A stretch of 64,000 bases of DNA from an uncultured Candidatus Binatia bacterium (lineage in GTDB: Bacteria > Desulfobacterota > Binatia > Bin18). Shown here piece after piece: positions 20,018 through 29,666 of the stretch (the first letter of the stretch is position 1; every line of letters begins with the position of its first letter). The notes beneath the pieces are model-generated. The model ran no database searches. It had not been told where the DNA came from and saw only the letters and a list, made by a program, of their open reading frames with translations. Both the position numbers and the translations under genes were made by a program. The stretch lies in contig OZ241744.1 of NCBI GenBank assembly GCA_965200965.1, positions 736,001 to 800,000 of the forward strand. Reading direction: 5' to 3'.

Positions 20018-21208
20018 TCAGCCTTTGAGCTCCAGCAGGCGGTCGTAGATAGCGTGGGCAACCGCGTCCTTGCTCATCTGGGCCAGGGGTTTGACCCGCC
20101 CGGTGCGGTCAATCAGGGTGACGATATTGGTGTCATAGGCAAAGCCCGCACCTTCCTGGGTCACGTCATTGGCCACGATCATGTCCAGGTTTTTGCTTCT
20201 CAGCTTGCGCTCGGCGTTGGCCAGTACATCTTCGGTTTCGGTGGCAAAGCCGACCAGCCGCCGCCGGCCCTTGTGCTGGCCGAGGCCGGCCAGAATATCC
20301 GGGTTGCGGTCCAGTTTGATGACAAACCCGCCGCCGGCCTTTTTGATTTTGTGGGGCGCAACGCTGGCCGGGCGATAGTCGGCAATAGCGGCCGCGGAGA
20401 CAACCATAGTTGCTCGCGGATAGGCCGCCAGGACCGCTTGCTGCATCTCGCAGGCGGTCCGCACCGGATGAAAATCAACCCCGCGTGGAGGCGTCAGCGC
20501 GGTCGGGCCGCTGACCAGGCTCACCTGCGCGCCCCGCCACTGGGCCACACGGGCCAGAGCATAGCCCATTTTGCCCGTTGAGCGGTTGGTCATATAGCGG
20601 ACCGGGTCAATCGGCTCACAGTTGGGACCGGCAGTGACAATGATACGCTCCTGGCCGAGGTCCTTTTTGGTCAGGACTGCTTGAAGGTCTTCGAGAATAT
20701 CGGCCGGTTCGGCCAGGCGGCCCTGGCCTTCATAGCCACAGGCCAGCTCACCGGCACCAGGCTCGACAAGGTGATAGCCGATGCCGGTCAGCTTGCGCAG
20801 ATGTTCCTGCACCAGCGGGTGGGCGTACATATGGACATTCATGGCCGGCGCGATCAGGACTGGAGCGGTGGTGGCCAGCAGCACGGTGGTCAGCAGGTCG
20901 TCGGCCAAGCCGTTGGCGAGCTTGGCCAGGATGTTGGCGGTCGCCGGCGCGACCAGCGCCAGGTCGGCACTATCGGCCAGGCGGATATGGCCGATTTCGG
21001 ATTCCTGGGTCAGGTCAAAAGTATCGGTTGAGACCGGGTTGCCCGAGAGGGTCTGGAGGGTCAGCGGCGTTATGAACTCTTGGGCGTTTGCGGTCATGAT
21101 GACCCGCACCTTGGCCCCGGCTTTGACCAGCAGACGAACGAGTTCTGCCGCCTTGTAGGCCGCGATGCCGCCGCTGACACCAAGCACAATCTGTTGTCCG
21201 TCCAGCAT
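20018..21208 (-). CDS. coaBC: Bifunctional phosphopantothenoylcysteine decarboxylase/phosphopantothenate-cysteine ligase
   Basis: GVSGGIAAYKA, PAMNVHM, LACGYEGQGR, DPVRYMTNRSTGKMG, VGFATET. Confidence 0.95.
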   Translation of the reverse strand: MLDGQQIVLGVSGGIAAYKAAELVRLLVKAGAKVRVIMTANAQEFITPLTLQTLSGNPVSTDTFDLTQESEIGHIRLADSADLALVAPATANILAKLANGLADDLLTTVLLATTAPVLIAPAMNVHMYAHPLVQEHLRKLTGIGYHLVEPGAGELACGYEGQGRLAEPADILEDLQAVLTKKDLGQERIIVTAGPNCEPIDPVRYMTNRSTGKMGYALARVAQWRGAQVSLVSGPTALTPPRGVDFHPVRTACEMQQAVLAAYPRATMVVSAAAIADYRPASVAPHKIKKAGGGFVIKLDRNPDILAGLGQHKGRRRLVGFATETEDVLANAERKLRSKNLDMIVANDVTQEGAGFAYDTNIVTLIDRTGRVKPLAQMSKDAVAHAIYDRLLELKG

Positions 21209-21299
21209 ACGCCTCCCGCCTTGTGTGTCAGTGTAGCGCCTATCCGCTCAGGAGTATACCGATTGGGCCCGGCTGGTACGAGGCCGGCAGGGCCACATG

Positions 21300-24200
21300 C
21301 TACGAACCGGCCTGATTCTGCCGGGCGGCTACCAGCTCGGCGAGGGTGGTGGGGAGGGTCTGGGGGGTGCGGCAGACCAGAAAGGCCCACTCGCCCAAGT
21401 GGCCCCAGTGATTGACCGCGGCTATCCAGCGCTTTGCCGCCTGATGCTTTGCGTCCGTGTCGCTGTACGATCTGCCCTTGATTTCCAAAACGACATGGAC
21501 CTCATTCGTCAGCCGGACGATGAAATCGGGTTCGTACACCCGGCTGCCGTGGAGTTCGTAGGGGATAGTGAACTCCAGGTGTTCGTTGCGGGCATAGCAC
21601 TCGACGAGTCCGTCAAGGGCCAGCTGTTCGATCTGAAACATGGCCGCCTGCTCCCAGGTGTCGGTGTCGCAGGCTACATAGTTCAGATGGCTGGCCCGGG
21701 TAGCCCGGACCGGCTTGACGGTCTTGAAGTGGACCGAGGCGGTGCTGCCGATGGGCCGATAGCGGTTCAGCCGCGGCAGCCGCGGCGCTTCGCCCCTGGC
21801 CTCATCGGGCCGGATGGCGGCCACGAGCAGGCTCACGATGCGCTGGGCGTAGGTCTGGAGTCCTATGTCGCAGGGGTGCAGGCCGTTCAGTTCCACGCGC
21901 TCGCGGATGTAGTCGTGAACGATCCGAAGCGCCTGGGGGAACAGGGCGTGGCGGCTTTCCTGTTGCAGCCCTTCCTTGCCGGGGTGGGCAGTGTTGGTGA
22001 TCAGCCGCACAATTTCTCCGGCGATGATGAAGGCGATAGTCTGGGGGTGGACAGCGGCGTAGTACTGCTGTCGGTCTACTTCCTCAAACCCGAAGCCCCC
22101 GTACATCCCCGGGCTGCCGAACTGGTAGCCGACCTGTGGCCGGACGAAAGCCGCGGTCGGCGTAGTCCACGGGTCGAGCGAGGTCCGCTCCACCGCATCA
22201 AGCTCGCACGCTATGCGATCCCTGTTCAGGACCGCGACATAGCCCTCGACAATCGGAAACCTGATCTCAAAGCGCTGGCGCTCGGGCAGGGCCGTGACCT
22301 CGTGCTTGGGCCGGTCTTCCGGCCGCGGGCCGTGGCCCGGCTGGCGGCCTTTGAACGGAATGAGCGAGAAGGGCACACCGAAAATATCAACATACTCGGC
22401 GGTCAGATGCCCGGTCTTGGGGTCGGGCGTGTAGTCCATGCGGCGCAGCCCCCGGCCAATGACCTGCTCGCACAGCAGTTGGCTGTGGAAGGCACGCAAG
22501 CCCAGGATATGGGTGACGTTGTTGGCGTCCCAGCCCTCGCTCAGCATGTTGACGCTGACCACGCAGCGGATGCCTCCCCCGGGCGTACCCGGAACGCCTA
22601 TGCTTGCGACGGTCTTGCGCAGTTCCTCCGCGGCATCTTTGCGGCTGGCGGTGAGGTCCTGGCTTTCGGCCGCGGCCAGCAGCCTGGAGTCAATCCGCAA
22701 GGTGACTTGTGCGCCGGACTGGTTCCACAGCTCGGGAAAACCGCCGAGGCCGGCGCTGTAGCGCTTTGTCGTCTGCTTCCGGCTACTCTTGGGCCGGCTG
22801 TCGTCGTCCAGCGTGTCCCCGTCCGCCGCTTCTTCGCCCGAGATCATCTTGTGAAGATGCTCGGCAATGTCGGTGTTGTCGCACACGACAATCAGTACCG
22901 GCGGGGTCTGCTCCTGGCCCGGGGTGGCGGCCTGGAGTTGATTGAATCGCTCTTTCCACTGGCCGGCCAGGGTGAGCAGGGCGTCTTCGGCCCGCCGCCA
23001 AGCGGCATCGGGCTTTGGCTTGCCGCCCGGCAGCCGCTCGCCCGGCCCGAGGCTGCGGGTCACATGCTCCCATAGCTTGAAGTACACCGGGTCGGGCCGG
23101 CCGGTACTGTCCATCGCCGGCAGCCGCGGAATTTTGGTGATGCCCGATTCAATGGCGTCTACCAGACTGAAATCGCTGACGATCCACGGGAAGGGCGAGC
23201 CCGCGGGGTAGCCGCTGCCCTGGAGATAGAAGGGCGTTGCCGACAGGTCTACGCACAGGCCGATGCCGCAGGCGGCGTTGAGCCTGTCCAGGCCGCTGAC
23301 CCAGACGGTGGCTTCCTCGCGGTCGGTTTTTTCCTCCGCGGACAGCCTGGCGGTGACGGGCGCGGGCCGATAGGCGTGGTGGCCCTCGTCGTTCAGGACC
23401 AGCAGCGGCTCGTCGTCCCACAGCGCGCCGAGGCGGGCTCGGGCAAAGGCTTCGGGCGTCTCTTCTCCCAGCCGGCCGACCGTCACCCCGCCCACCCGCA
23501 CGGCCTCGGACTCTGGGCTGAGCCGGTGCCAGTTCGTGACCAGCACCTTGCCCTTGGCCAGCTCGGGCCGCAGCGCGGACGGAACCAGGTCGAAGCGGTC
23601 ATAATAGTTGCCCGGCTCGTCGGGCCGCAGCACCCTCAGGCGCTCTTTGATCGTCAGGTTGGGGCATAGGACCAGGGTCCGACAGGGATAGGCCGGCTCG
23701 TTCGGCTGCCGGCCCCGGTTGCAGAAGGCCCAGGCGATGAGCATGGCCATGACCACGGTTTTGCCGGAGCCGGTGGCCATTTTGCAGGCGTAGCGCGGGA
23801 TGGGCCGCAAGCCCGGAGCGTTGGGCAGGTCGGTCAGTTTTGGATGCTGGGCAACCTGCGCCACCCATTCCTGGGGCCGGGGGTTCTGGCCGGCCTCCAG
23901 CAATCTGAAGTCATCCAGACCGAGCCGAGGCCGCCAGCGCAGGTTCTTGCCCATCGCCAGGATTTCGCGGAGGTAGATGACGGTCTCAACCGCCTCCAAC
24001 TGGCAGAAGAACAGCCGTCGGGGGCGGTCTTCGCGCCACCAGTGGCGGAGCAGGCTGCGGGTAGTTTCTGAGGCATGGGGCCACTTGGCTTGTCGCCATC
24101 GACGCACATCGTCCCGCAGCGCGTTGACCAGCGGCAGGTCGTCCCGTTCTTCTTCGGCCAGCAGGGAGAGTTGGGCGCTGCCGGTGCGCTCGGTCTTGTA

Positions 24201-24344
24201 CCAGTAGCTCGCCTCCCGGCGGGCCCGGACCTTTGCCGGCTGGCCAGTGCGGGTGTCGTAGCGCCAGTGCTGGTCAGGCTCTGCGTAGGGGGAGCACAGG
24301 ATGGGGTCTTCGACCGGCTGAATGGGAATCTGGCTTTCCGGCAT
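21300..24344 (-). CDS. res: Type III restriction enzyme, Res subunit
   Basis: KMATGSGKT, NDEGHHAY, DLSATP, SEGWDA, QVIGRGLRR; C-terminal PD-(D/E)xK 'YEPDFIV...LEIKG'. Confidence 0.88.
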   Translation of the reverse strand: MPESQIPIQPVEDPILCSPYAEPDQHWRYDTRTGQPAKVRARREASYWYKTERTGSAQLSLLAEEERDDLPLVNALRDDVRRWRQAKWPHASETTRSLLRHWWREDRPRRLFFCQLEAVETVIYLREILAMGKNLRWRPRLGLDDFRLLEAGQNPRPQEWVAQVAQHPKLTDLPNAPGLRPIPRYACKMATGSGKTVVMAMLIAWAFCNRGRQPNEPAYPCRTLVLCPNLTIKERLRVLRPDEPGNYYDRFDLVPSALRPELAKGKVLVTNWHRLSPESEAVRVGGVTVGRLGEETPEAFARARLGALWDDEPLLVLNDEGHHAYRPAPVTARLSAEEKTDREEATVWVSGLDRLNAACGIGLCVDLSATPFYLQGSGYPAGSPFPWIVSDFSLVDAIESGITKIPRLPAMDSTGRPDPVYFKLWEHVTRSLGPGERLPGGKPKPDAAWRRAEDALLTLAGQWKERFNQLQAATPGQEQTPPVLIVVCDNTDIAEHLHKMISGEEAADGDTLDDDSRPKSSRKQTTKRYSAGLGGFPELWNQSGAQVTLRIDSRLLAAAESQDLTASRKDAAEELRKTVASIGVPGTPGGGIRCVVSVNMLSEGWDANNVTHILGLRAFHSQLLCEQVIGRGLRRMDYTPDPKTGHLTAEYVDIFGVPFSLIPFKGRQPGHGPRPEDRPKHEVTALPERQRFEIRFPIVEGYVAVLNRDRIACELDAVERTSLDPWTTPTAAFVRPQVGYQFGSPGMYGGFGFEEVDRQQYYAAVHPQTIAFIIAGEIVRLITNTAHPGKEGLQQESRHALFPQALRIVHDYIRERVELNGLHPCDIGLQTYAQRIVSLLVAAIRPDEARGEAPRLPRLNRYRPIGSTASVHFKTVKPVRATRASHLNYVACDTDTWEQAAMFQIEQLALDGLVECYARNEHLEFTIPYELHGSRVYEPDFIVRLTNEVHVVLEIKGRSYSDTDAKHQAAKRWIAAVNHWGHLGEWAFLVCRTPQTLPTTLAELVAARQNQAGS

Positions 24345-24347
24345 GGC

Positions 24348-24914
24348 TTAATACTCTTGAAGGCGTTCTGCAATTCGATCCCGCAAGTCCTGTAGCTCGG
24401 GGCACAATTGAAACAGAAGCGGCAGGTTTTGAAGCGTTGCTTCAACCATCCGGTCCCTGCCGCCGCCCGCTCGTCGGGGGTCGCCGTGCTTTTGGAGCAG
24501 GGGTTGAAAAATCTCTTCCTTCATCCGCGGATGGGCGCATACATCATCCCAGCGTTCCGGGATGTCGTTGCGAAACGCCGCGCACGCATATATTTCCACT
24601 TCCGGTTGCGCGGGGCAGCACAGCAAGCCTATACCTTGCACGGCCCTCTTTTCCTCCAAACTCCGCGTGGTATCGTCTTTGGCTTTGTCGGCGTCGGGGA
24701 AGAACAGCCACAGGTCCATGTGGCGGTACCGTTCGGCAAGATTGGTGCGAATGGCCCTCACGGCTTGGTCATAGCCGCGCAGCCTCGGATTGGCCAGCAC
24801 GGTCACCTTGGCTGCCGGCTTGCCGGCGGCCGCCACAATGGCCTTGGTCAGGGGCTTCAGGATGTAACCGTTCAGGGTTGGATCTTCTGGAATGACCAGC
24901 ACTCTGAAACTCAT
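24348..24914 (-). CDS. Hypothetical protein with TOPRIM-like acidic motifs (DUF4276/RloB-like ATPase partner)
   Basis: VLVIPED near the N-terminus, FFPDAD (DxD), PEVEIY; ATGA-coupled to the upstream ATPase. Confidence 0.55.
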   Translation of the reverse strand: MSFRVLVIPEDPTLNGYILKPLTKAIVAAAGKPAAKVTVLANPRLRGYDQAVRAIRTNLAERYRHMDLWLFFPDADKAKDDTTRSLEEKRAVQGIGLLCCPAQPEVEIYACAAFRNDIPERWDDVCAHPRMKEEIFQPLLQKHGDPRRAGGGRDRMVEATLQNLPLLFQLCPELQDLRDRIAERLQEY

Positions 24915-26170
24915 GCTGTAGTTTCCAGCCAGCCTTCTGCAAACAGTTCGGAAACGGGCGTCTTTTGGGCGGCGGCGTGGAAGTGGGGCACCTTGGCCAG
25001 GGCGCGGATGCGTGATTTGCTGGTGGCTTCGTCCCGCTGGCAGAAGAAGGTCGTTTGGTACTCCTCTTCCTGGAGCCAGTCCAACACGGTCGCCGAGTGG
25101 GTGGTTGCCACGACCTGTGTCCGCGTGGCTTTGGCCTGACTCCGCAGCAGTTCCAGCAGAAGTTGCAGACGGCTGGCATGAATGCCGTTTTCAACTTCCT
25201 CAATCGTCAGCAGGTAGGGCCTGTCGGGCTGGAAGAAGGCCGCGGCCAGGGCGGCGAAACGCAAGGTGCCGTCGCTCAGGACCGGCGCGGGAAACCTGTG
25301 GCCACCCTCCTGAAGCATGAACATGGGTTCGCCGAGTGCGCCGTCCAGGGTTCCCACATCGTCTATCTCTTCGGGGCGGAGCAGGCCTAGCCACGACAGA
25401 TAGGCGTCCTTGGTTGATTTGTTCTGGCAGATCGTTTTGACCAGGGCGGCGAAGTTCTCCCCACGCTCGCCCATGCGTTGGATGGAAAGTGCTTGAGAGT
25501 AGTCCCGGAGAATCCCAGGAAGCGGATCAAGCCCCTGCATGTTTGCTAAAGCCTGTGATACTTCATATGCGAGATTGGCGTGTCCATCCTCTGGCCCTTT
25601 TGCACCACCCGCGGCGAACTGTGTCAGCACGGGGCGTGAACTCTCGAACTTCAGGCGAGGCGGCCTTCCTCGCTGCTGTTTGTAATACCGCACATCCAGG
25701 GTAGGGCCACTTTGGGAAACCTCACCAGAGTCATACAGCTTTTTTCTGACATGGAGATTTTCGCGTGTCACCTTCCCCTCCTCCGGCGAGAAAGCAATCA
25801 GAAATTGCCACGGGCAAGGTGTTCTTCTGCGAATTGGGAACTTCCCGGGCTTGTATCTGCCCATACGGCTGCCGCTCGCAAAACTGCCTTTGACGGTAAT
25901 CCGTACCTCTCCGCTGTCCGAACCGGTATAAAGAGTCTTCAGTTTTCCCCCGCGGATGCCTTCCCAGACCTCATTGGTGGCGCTTCTGGGCTTGCCGTCA
26001 AGAATTTCGCTGATGGTGAAGCCGCTGCCTATACCCTGGAGCACCCGCAGTACATCCAGAAAGTTGGATTTGCCGCTGGCATTGGTGCCGATGAACAGGT
26101 TGACCTCTCCCAGGTCCAGGTCCACCTTGTGCAGGCTTTTGAAGTTTTCGATGATGAGGTGGGTAATCAT
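24911..26170 (-). CDS. ABC-type (AAA_15/AAA_21) ATPase
   Basis: IENFKS, Walker A GTNASGKSN, signature LSDGT, Walker B/D-loop IEEVENGIH, H-loop TTHS. Confidence 0.85.
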   Translation of the reverse strand: MITHLIIENFKSLHKVDLDLGEVNLFIGTNASGKSNFLDVLRVLQGIGSGFTISEILDGKPRSATNEVWEGIRGGKLKTLYTGSDSGEVRITVKGSFASGSRMGRYKPGKFPIRRRTPCPWQFLIAFSPEEGKVTRENLHVRKKLYDSGEVSQSGPTLDVRYYKQQRGRPPRLKFESSRPVLTQFAAGGAKGPEDGHANLAYEVSQALANMQGLDPLPGILRDYSQALSIQRMGERGENFAALVKTICQNKSTKDAYLSWLGLLRPEEIDDVGTLDGALGEPMFMLQEGGHRFPAPVLSDGTLRFAALAAAFFQPDRPYLLTIEEVENGIHASRLQLLLELLRSQAKATRTQVVATTHSATVLDWLQEEEYQTTFFCQRDEATSKSRIRALAKVPHFHAAAQKTPVSELFAEGWLETTA

Positions 26171-29100
26171 GGGGTGGCTGCTGTGACGCTGAGGACGCGC
26201 AGACCCTCGTTGCCGCGGGGGTCGATCATTTTGACGGCGATGCGCCACGGTGCGCCGGCTGGCAAGCGGGCGGGGCGGGGGAAGGGCAGGCTGGTCAGGC
26301 CGCTGAGGGCGTCAAAGGCGGTGCGATCAATGACGCCGGCGTCACCAAGGGCGCGGGCGAGGCGGTCCCACTTGGTCTTGTCGGGAAAGAATGCCTGGCA
26401 GATGCAGAAGGTCCGCCCGTCATAGTCGGTGTCCAGAAACCAGGCGGCGATGCGCTGCCGGTCGGTCGGGAAGAGGGTGTTGCTGACCGGGTCGTAGACA
26501 TCCATGCCTTCGACTTCGACGGTGTAGTTGCCGTCCGACTGGCGGGCCGGGCCAGTGACCCGGGGTGCGCTGAAGACGGCGAAGAGTTGGCTGCCGGGCT
26601 GGGTTTTGAGCAGGTCGCCCATTGCCACATCGGGGCGGATCAGGGCCATGTGCAGCCGCAGGCGGGGGTGGCCGGCGGCTTCGATCGCCTCTTGGGCCGC
26701 GGCATCAAAGCCGAAGCCGGCAAACACCAGCTCATCATAACCGGTCCGGTTGGCGTCGCGGACCGCCTCTTCGACCTGCATGGCGGTGATGTTGCCGACC
26801 TCGGGGCCGATGCTGACGGCAACCCGCGGGTCTGCCTGTCCGTCGCCCTCCTCTCGCTCTGATGACCCGTTCTCGAGCCAGCCGCCTTCGGCGTGCAGCA
26901 GGGCCGGGCCGGCCAGCGGTTCAAGGCGGTCGAACTGCATGGTCGCGTTGCCCGGAAAGTCTACGCCGGCGGCCCTGAGCAGGCGGATGACCCTATCGAT
27001 ATGGGCTTCGGCGTTGGCAACGGCCCCGGTGTTGTCAAACGCCTCTAACTCCTCATCAGACTCCGCATCAGAGGCCGGCATATCCAGGCCGTCTTCAAGC
27101 GCGATCACGCCCTCCATTGTGAACGGGCCGGCCACGCGCAGCGTACTCTTGACGAGCTCCGGCTTGTCCACCAACTCTTCTGAGGCGGCGTTGGCGGCAA
27201 TGCAAGCGTTCACCTCGTCCATCTTGGCCCGCCAAGCCGCCCGGTAGGCGGTCAGGGCGGCTTGGAGCGGCTGCGGCCAGTCGGGGTCAGCATCAAACGG
27301 GACCTGCCATGCCTGCCAAGTCTGGCCCGGAATCTTGGCCCGGTAGTTTTCGACCTGGCGGGCGGTCAGGCCCTTGAGCGGTTTGCGGGCCGGGGCGGTC
27401 TTGAGCCAGCCGGGATGTGTGCCGGGCAGCAGCCAGCGGCGCAACTCGGCGTCGGTGACGGCGTTGGCCCCCTGCTCGCGGTGCTTGGCGATGAGTTTGG
27501 CCGCCAGGCTGGCCTTCAGCTCATCGCCGACCGTGGCAAGCGCATGGTTCAGGTCGGCCAGCCTGGCGGCCAGGATGGGGTCATGCTTGGCAAAGATAGG
27601 GTCAAGCGAGGTATTGCGGGCAATGCTGCGCAGGGTGATATGGGGCACGGTTTTGCACTGGAAGGTCAGCGGCTTGCCGCTCCGGTCCCCATCCGTGCCG
27701 GCGATCCAGGTTCCGCGCGGGTTGCGCTCCAGGTCTTCGGCGTTCAGTTCGCGCAAGCGGTAATAATCGAACTTGGCCGTCATCAGCCGGTGCTTGGCCA
27801 GGGCCAGGGCTACCCGGCTGGTATCAATCGTAATCCAGCGTCGGCCCCACTGCTCAGCCACATAGGCCGTTGTGCCGCTGCCGCAGGTCGGGTCCAGCAC
27901 CAAATCCCCCGGGTCCGTCGTCATCAGCATACACCGCTTTACTACTTCTGCCCCCGTCTGAGTCGTGTATATCTTCGGATCATTGCGACTCTGTACCCCG
28001 CCCGTTACATCGTTCCAGAAATTCGTTAGCGCCCAAGCTCCGAAATCGTCAAAATATTTCTTGAAACGAATGGTATCGCCAGCGGGTAAGACTCGTTCAC
28101 AGCCTAAGAGCCGTCTCATTCCATCTTCGCTTGTTCGCCATCCGCCGGCCGTTGGCGACCACATTTTGCCCTGATACGGCACTTGAAAGAGCGTGGTTGC
28201 ACTTCCACTACGCGAGGTCAGTCCTTGATCTGTGAAGAAGCGCCAGTCGCTCTCCGGTAGTTGATCCACATTATCGCTCCTTACGGAATTGATGTTTCTG
28301 ACTTCCCCGTTGGCTTTCGATTCCGCCTTCCGGTAGCGTGTGGCTCCCTCCTCGCCAATGTCCAACTCAGCGTTCAGTTGTCTATAACGTCGGGCCGCCT
28401 TTTCCTTGTCGCGGGCAAACCAAATCAGGTAGTTGCAGACGGAATCAATAAATTCACCGCTGAGGCCAATTGATGTCCGATAGGTGATCTCGGCGATGAA
28501 GTTCTGCGGCTGAAATAGCTCTTCCAGAATCATTCTGACATAGTGACGGTTGTCTTCTCCGATCTGGACGAAGATGCTGCCGGTGTCGGTGAGCAGTTCG
28601 CGGGCCATTGCCAGCCGGTCGCGCAAATAGGCCAGGTAGGAATGGATGCCGAGGGTCCAGGTGTCGCGGTAGGCTTTGACCATCTCCGGCTCGCGGGTGA
28701 GGTCTTGCTGGCGGTCTTTGACATCGCGCTGGCCGAGCTGGGGCTGAAAGTTGGAGGCAAAGCGGATGCCGTAGGGGGGGTCGAGGTAGATCATCTGGAC
28801 CTTGCCGGCCAAGTCTTCACGGCGGGCCAAGCTGGCCATGACCTGAAGCGAGTCGCCCAGGATCATGCGGTTGGCCCAGTCTACATTGTGGCGGTAGAAC
28901 TGCACGGCCTGGGCGTAGTCGTGCTGGGGGTCGGCGAACAGCTCGCGCTGTACATCCTGGCGGGCCAGCGCCCGCAAAATCGCTTGGGTGGATACCCGCT
29001 CGTGCATGTGCAGGGCCACCGGCTCGACCTCAAACCAGGGGCGTTCGCGCTTGCCGCTCCACTCCAGCCAGGGTTCGTGGCGTTTGAGGGCCCGGGCCAG

Positions 29101-29358
29101 CACCTTGGCCTCGGCCCCGGTGAGCGGCCGCTGACGGGCGACGGCCAGCAGCTCGGGCAGGGCGTCAGCCGCGGCGGCATCTGGTGCAGAGCGCAGGACC
29201 GGCGGCAGGTGCGGGTTGTAGTGATGGGTGAAGCGTGGCGCGTCTTGGACCGTGCTGTGCGATTCCAGGCCGGCCGGCGGGATGTTCTTGCGGGTGGCCG
29301 GGTAGCTGAGGGAGGCGACGGCGTGGCCGTCTGGGTGCGCTTTTTTTCTGCGTGGCAT
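26167..29358 (-). CDS. mod: Type III R-M methyltransferase (Mod, beta-class adenine MTase), long form
   Basis: IYLDPPYG (motif IV) precedes a variable TRD and DPTCGSGTT (motif I); C-terminal AWFLDTDYDG, VKMIDPRGNE. Confidence 0.88.
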   Translation of the reverse strand: MPRRKKAHPDGHAVASLSYPATRKNIPPAGLESHSTVQDAPRFTHHYNPHLPPVLRSAPDAAAADALPELLAVARQRPLTGAEAKVLARALKRHEPWLEWSGKRERPWFEVEPVALHMHERVSTQAILRALARQDVQRELFADPQHDYAQAVQFYRHNVDWANRMILGDSLQVMASLARREDLAGKVQMIYLDPPYGIRFASNFQPQLGQRDVKDRQQDLTREPEMVKAYRDTWTLGIHSYLAYLRDRLAMARELLTDTGSIFVQIGEDNRHYVRMILEELFQPQNFIAEITYRTSIGLSGEFIDSVCNYLIWFARDKEKAARRYRQLNAELDIGEEGATRYRKAESKANGEVRNINSVRSDNVDQLPESDWRFFTDQGLTSRSGSATTLFQVPYQGKMWSPTAGGWRTSEDGMRRLLGCERVLPAGDTIRFKKYFDDFGAWALTNFWNDVTGGVQSRNDPKIYTTQTGAEVVKRCMLMTTDPGDLVLDPTCGSGTTAYVAEQWGRRWITIDTSRVALALAKHRLMTAKFDYYRLRELNAEDLERNPRGTWIAGTDGDRSGKPLTFQCKTVPHITLRSIARNTSLDPIFAKHDPILAARLADLNHALATVGDELKASLAAKLIAKHREQGANAVTDAELRRWLLPGTHPGWLKTAPARKPLKGLTARQVENYRAKIPGQTWQAWQVPFDADPDWPQPLQAALTAYRAAWRAKMDEVNACIAANAASEELVDKPELVKSTLRVAGPFTMEGVIALEDGLDMPASDAESDEELEAFDNTGAVANAEAHIDRVIRLLRAAGVDFPGNATMQFDRLEPLAGPALLHAEGGWLENGSSEREEGDGQADPRVAVSIGPEVGNITAMQVEEAVRDANRTGYDELVFAGFGFDAAAQEAIEAAGHPRLRLHMALIRPDVAMGDLLKTQPGSQLFAVFSAPRVTGPARQSDGNYTVEVEGMDVYDPVSNTLFPTDRQRIAAWFLDTDYDGRTFCICQAFFPDKTKWDRLARALGDAGVIDRTAFDALSGLTSLPFPRPARLPAGAPWRIAVKMIDPRGNEGLRVLSVTAATP

Positions 29359-29582
29359 AGTGCGGGGTAGCCTCACGCTGCTTTCACTGCCCGTTGATCC
29401 GTCTCCATTTGGGAGCACGCCAGTGCGCCAGCCAGCTTCAAGCAGGAGCAGTCCGCCACCTGGGAGGGAGGGAACATAGGTGTGTCCCGTGGGGGTGCGC
29501 TCACCAGAACACTAAGCACAGGCCCAGGTGCAAGTAAAGAAGACAGGCCGGTCGCCCCTGTCGGCGGTCGGCTTCACTCGCC

Positions 29583-29610
29583 TTGACCTTTTCCTCCCCT
29601 TTGGCATTAT
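29583..29610 (+). promoter_or_regulatory. Putative sigma70 promoter for the polyprenyl synthase operon
   Basis: TTGACC-16 nt-CATTAT, with TG at the extended -10 position. Confidence 0.35.
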
Positions 29611-29666
29611 GGGGGCCAACCTGCGGAGTGTATTCTTCAAGAGTGCTGCCTGTTTTGAGTACCCAT

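Noticed and set aside
21297-23075. 592-aa plus-strand ORF
   Set aside because: Antisense shadow of res in GC-rich DNA, with no recognisable motifs. The same applies to 358-1749, 45190-46503 and many other overlapping ORFs.
29341-29347. A7 run near the mod 5' end as a phase-variation tract
   Set aside because: Too short, and explained by Arg-Lys-Lys codons; no SSR typical of phasevarion mod genes.
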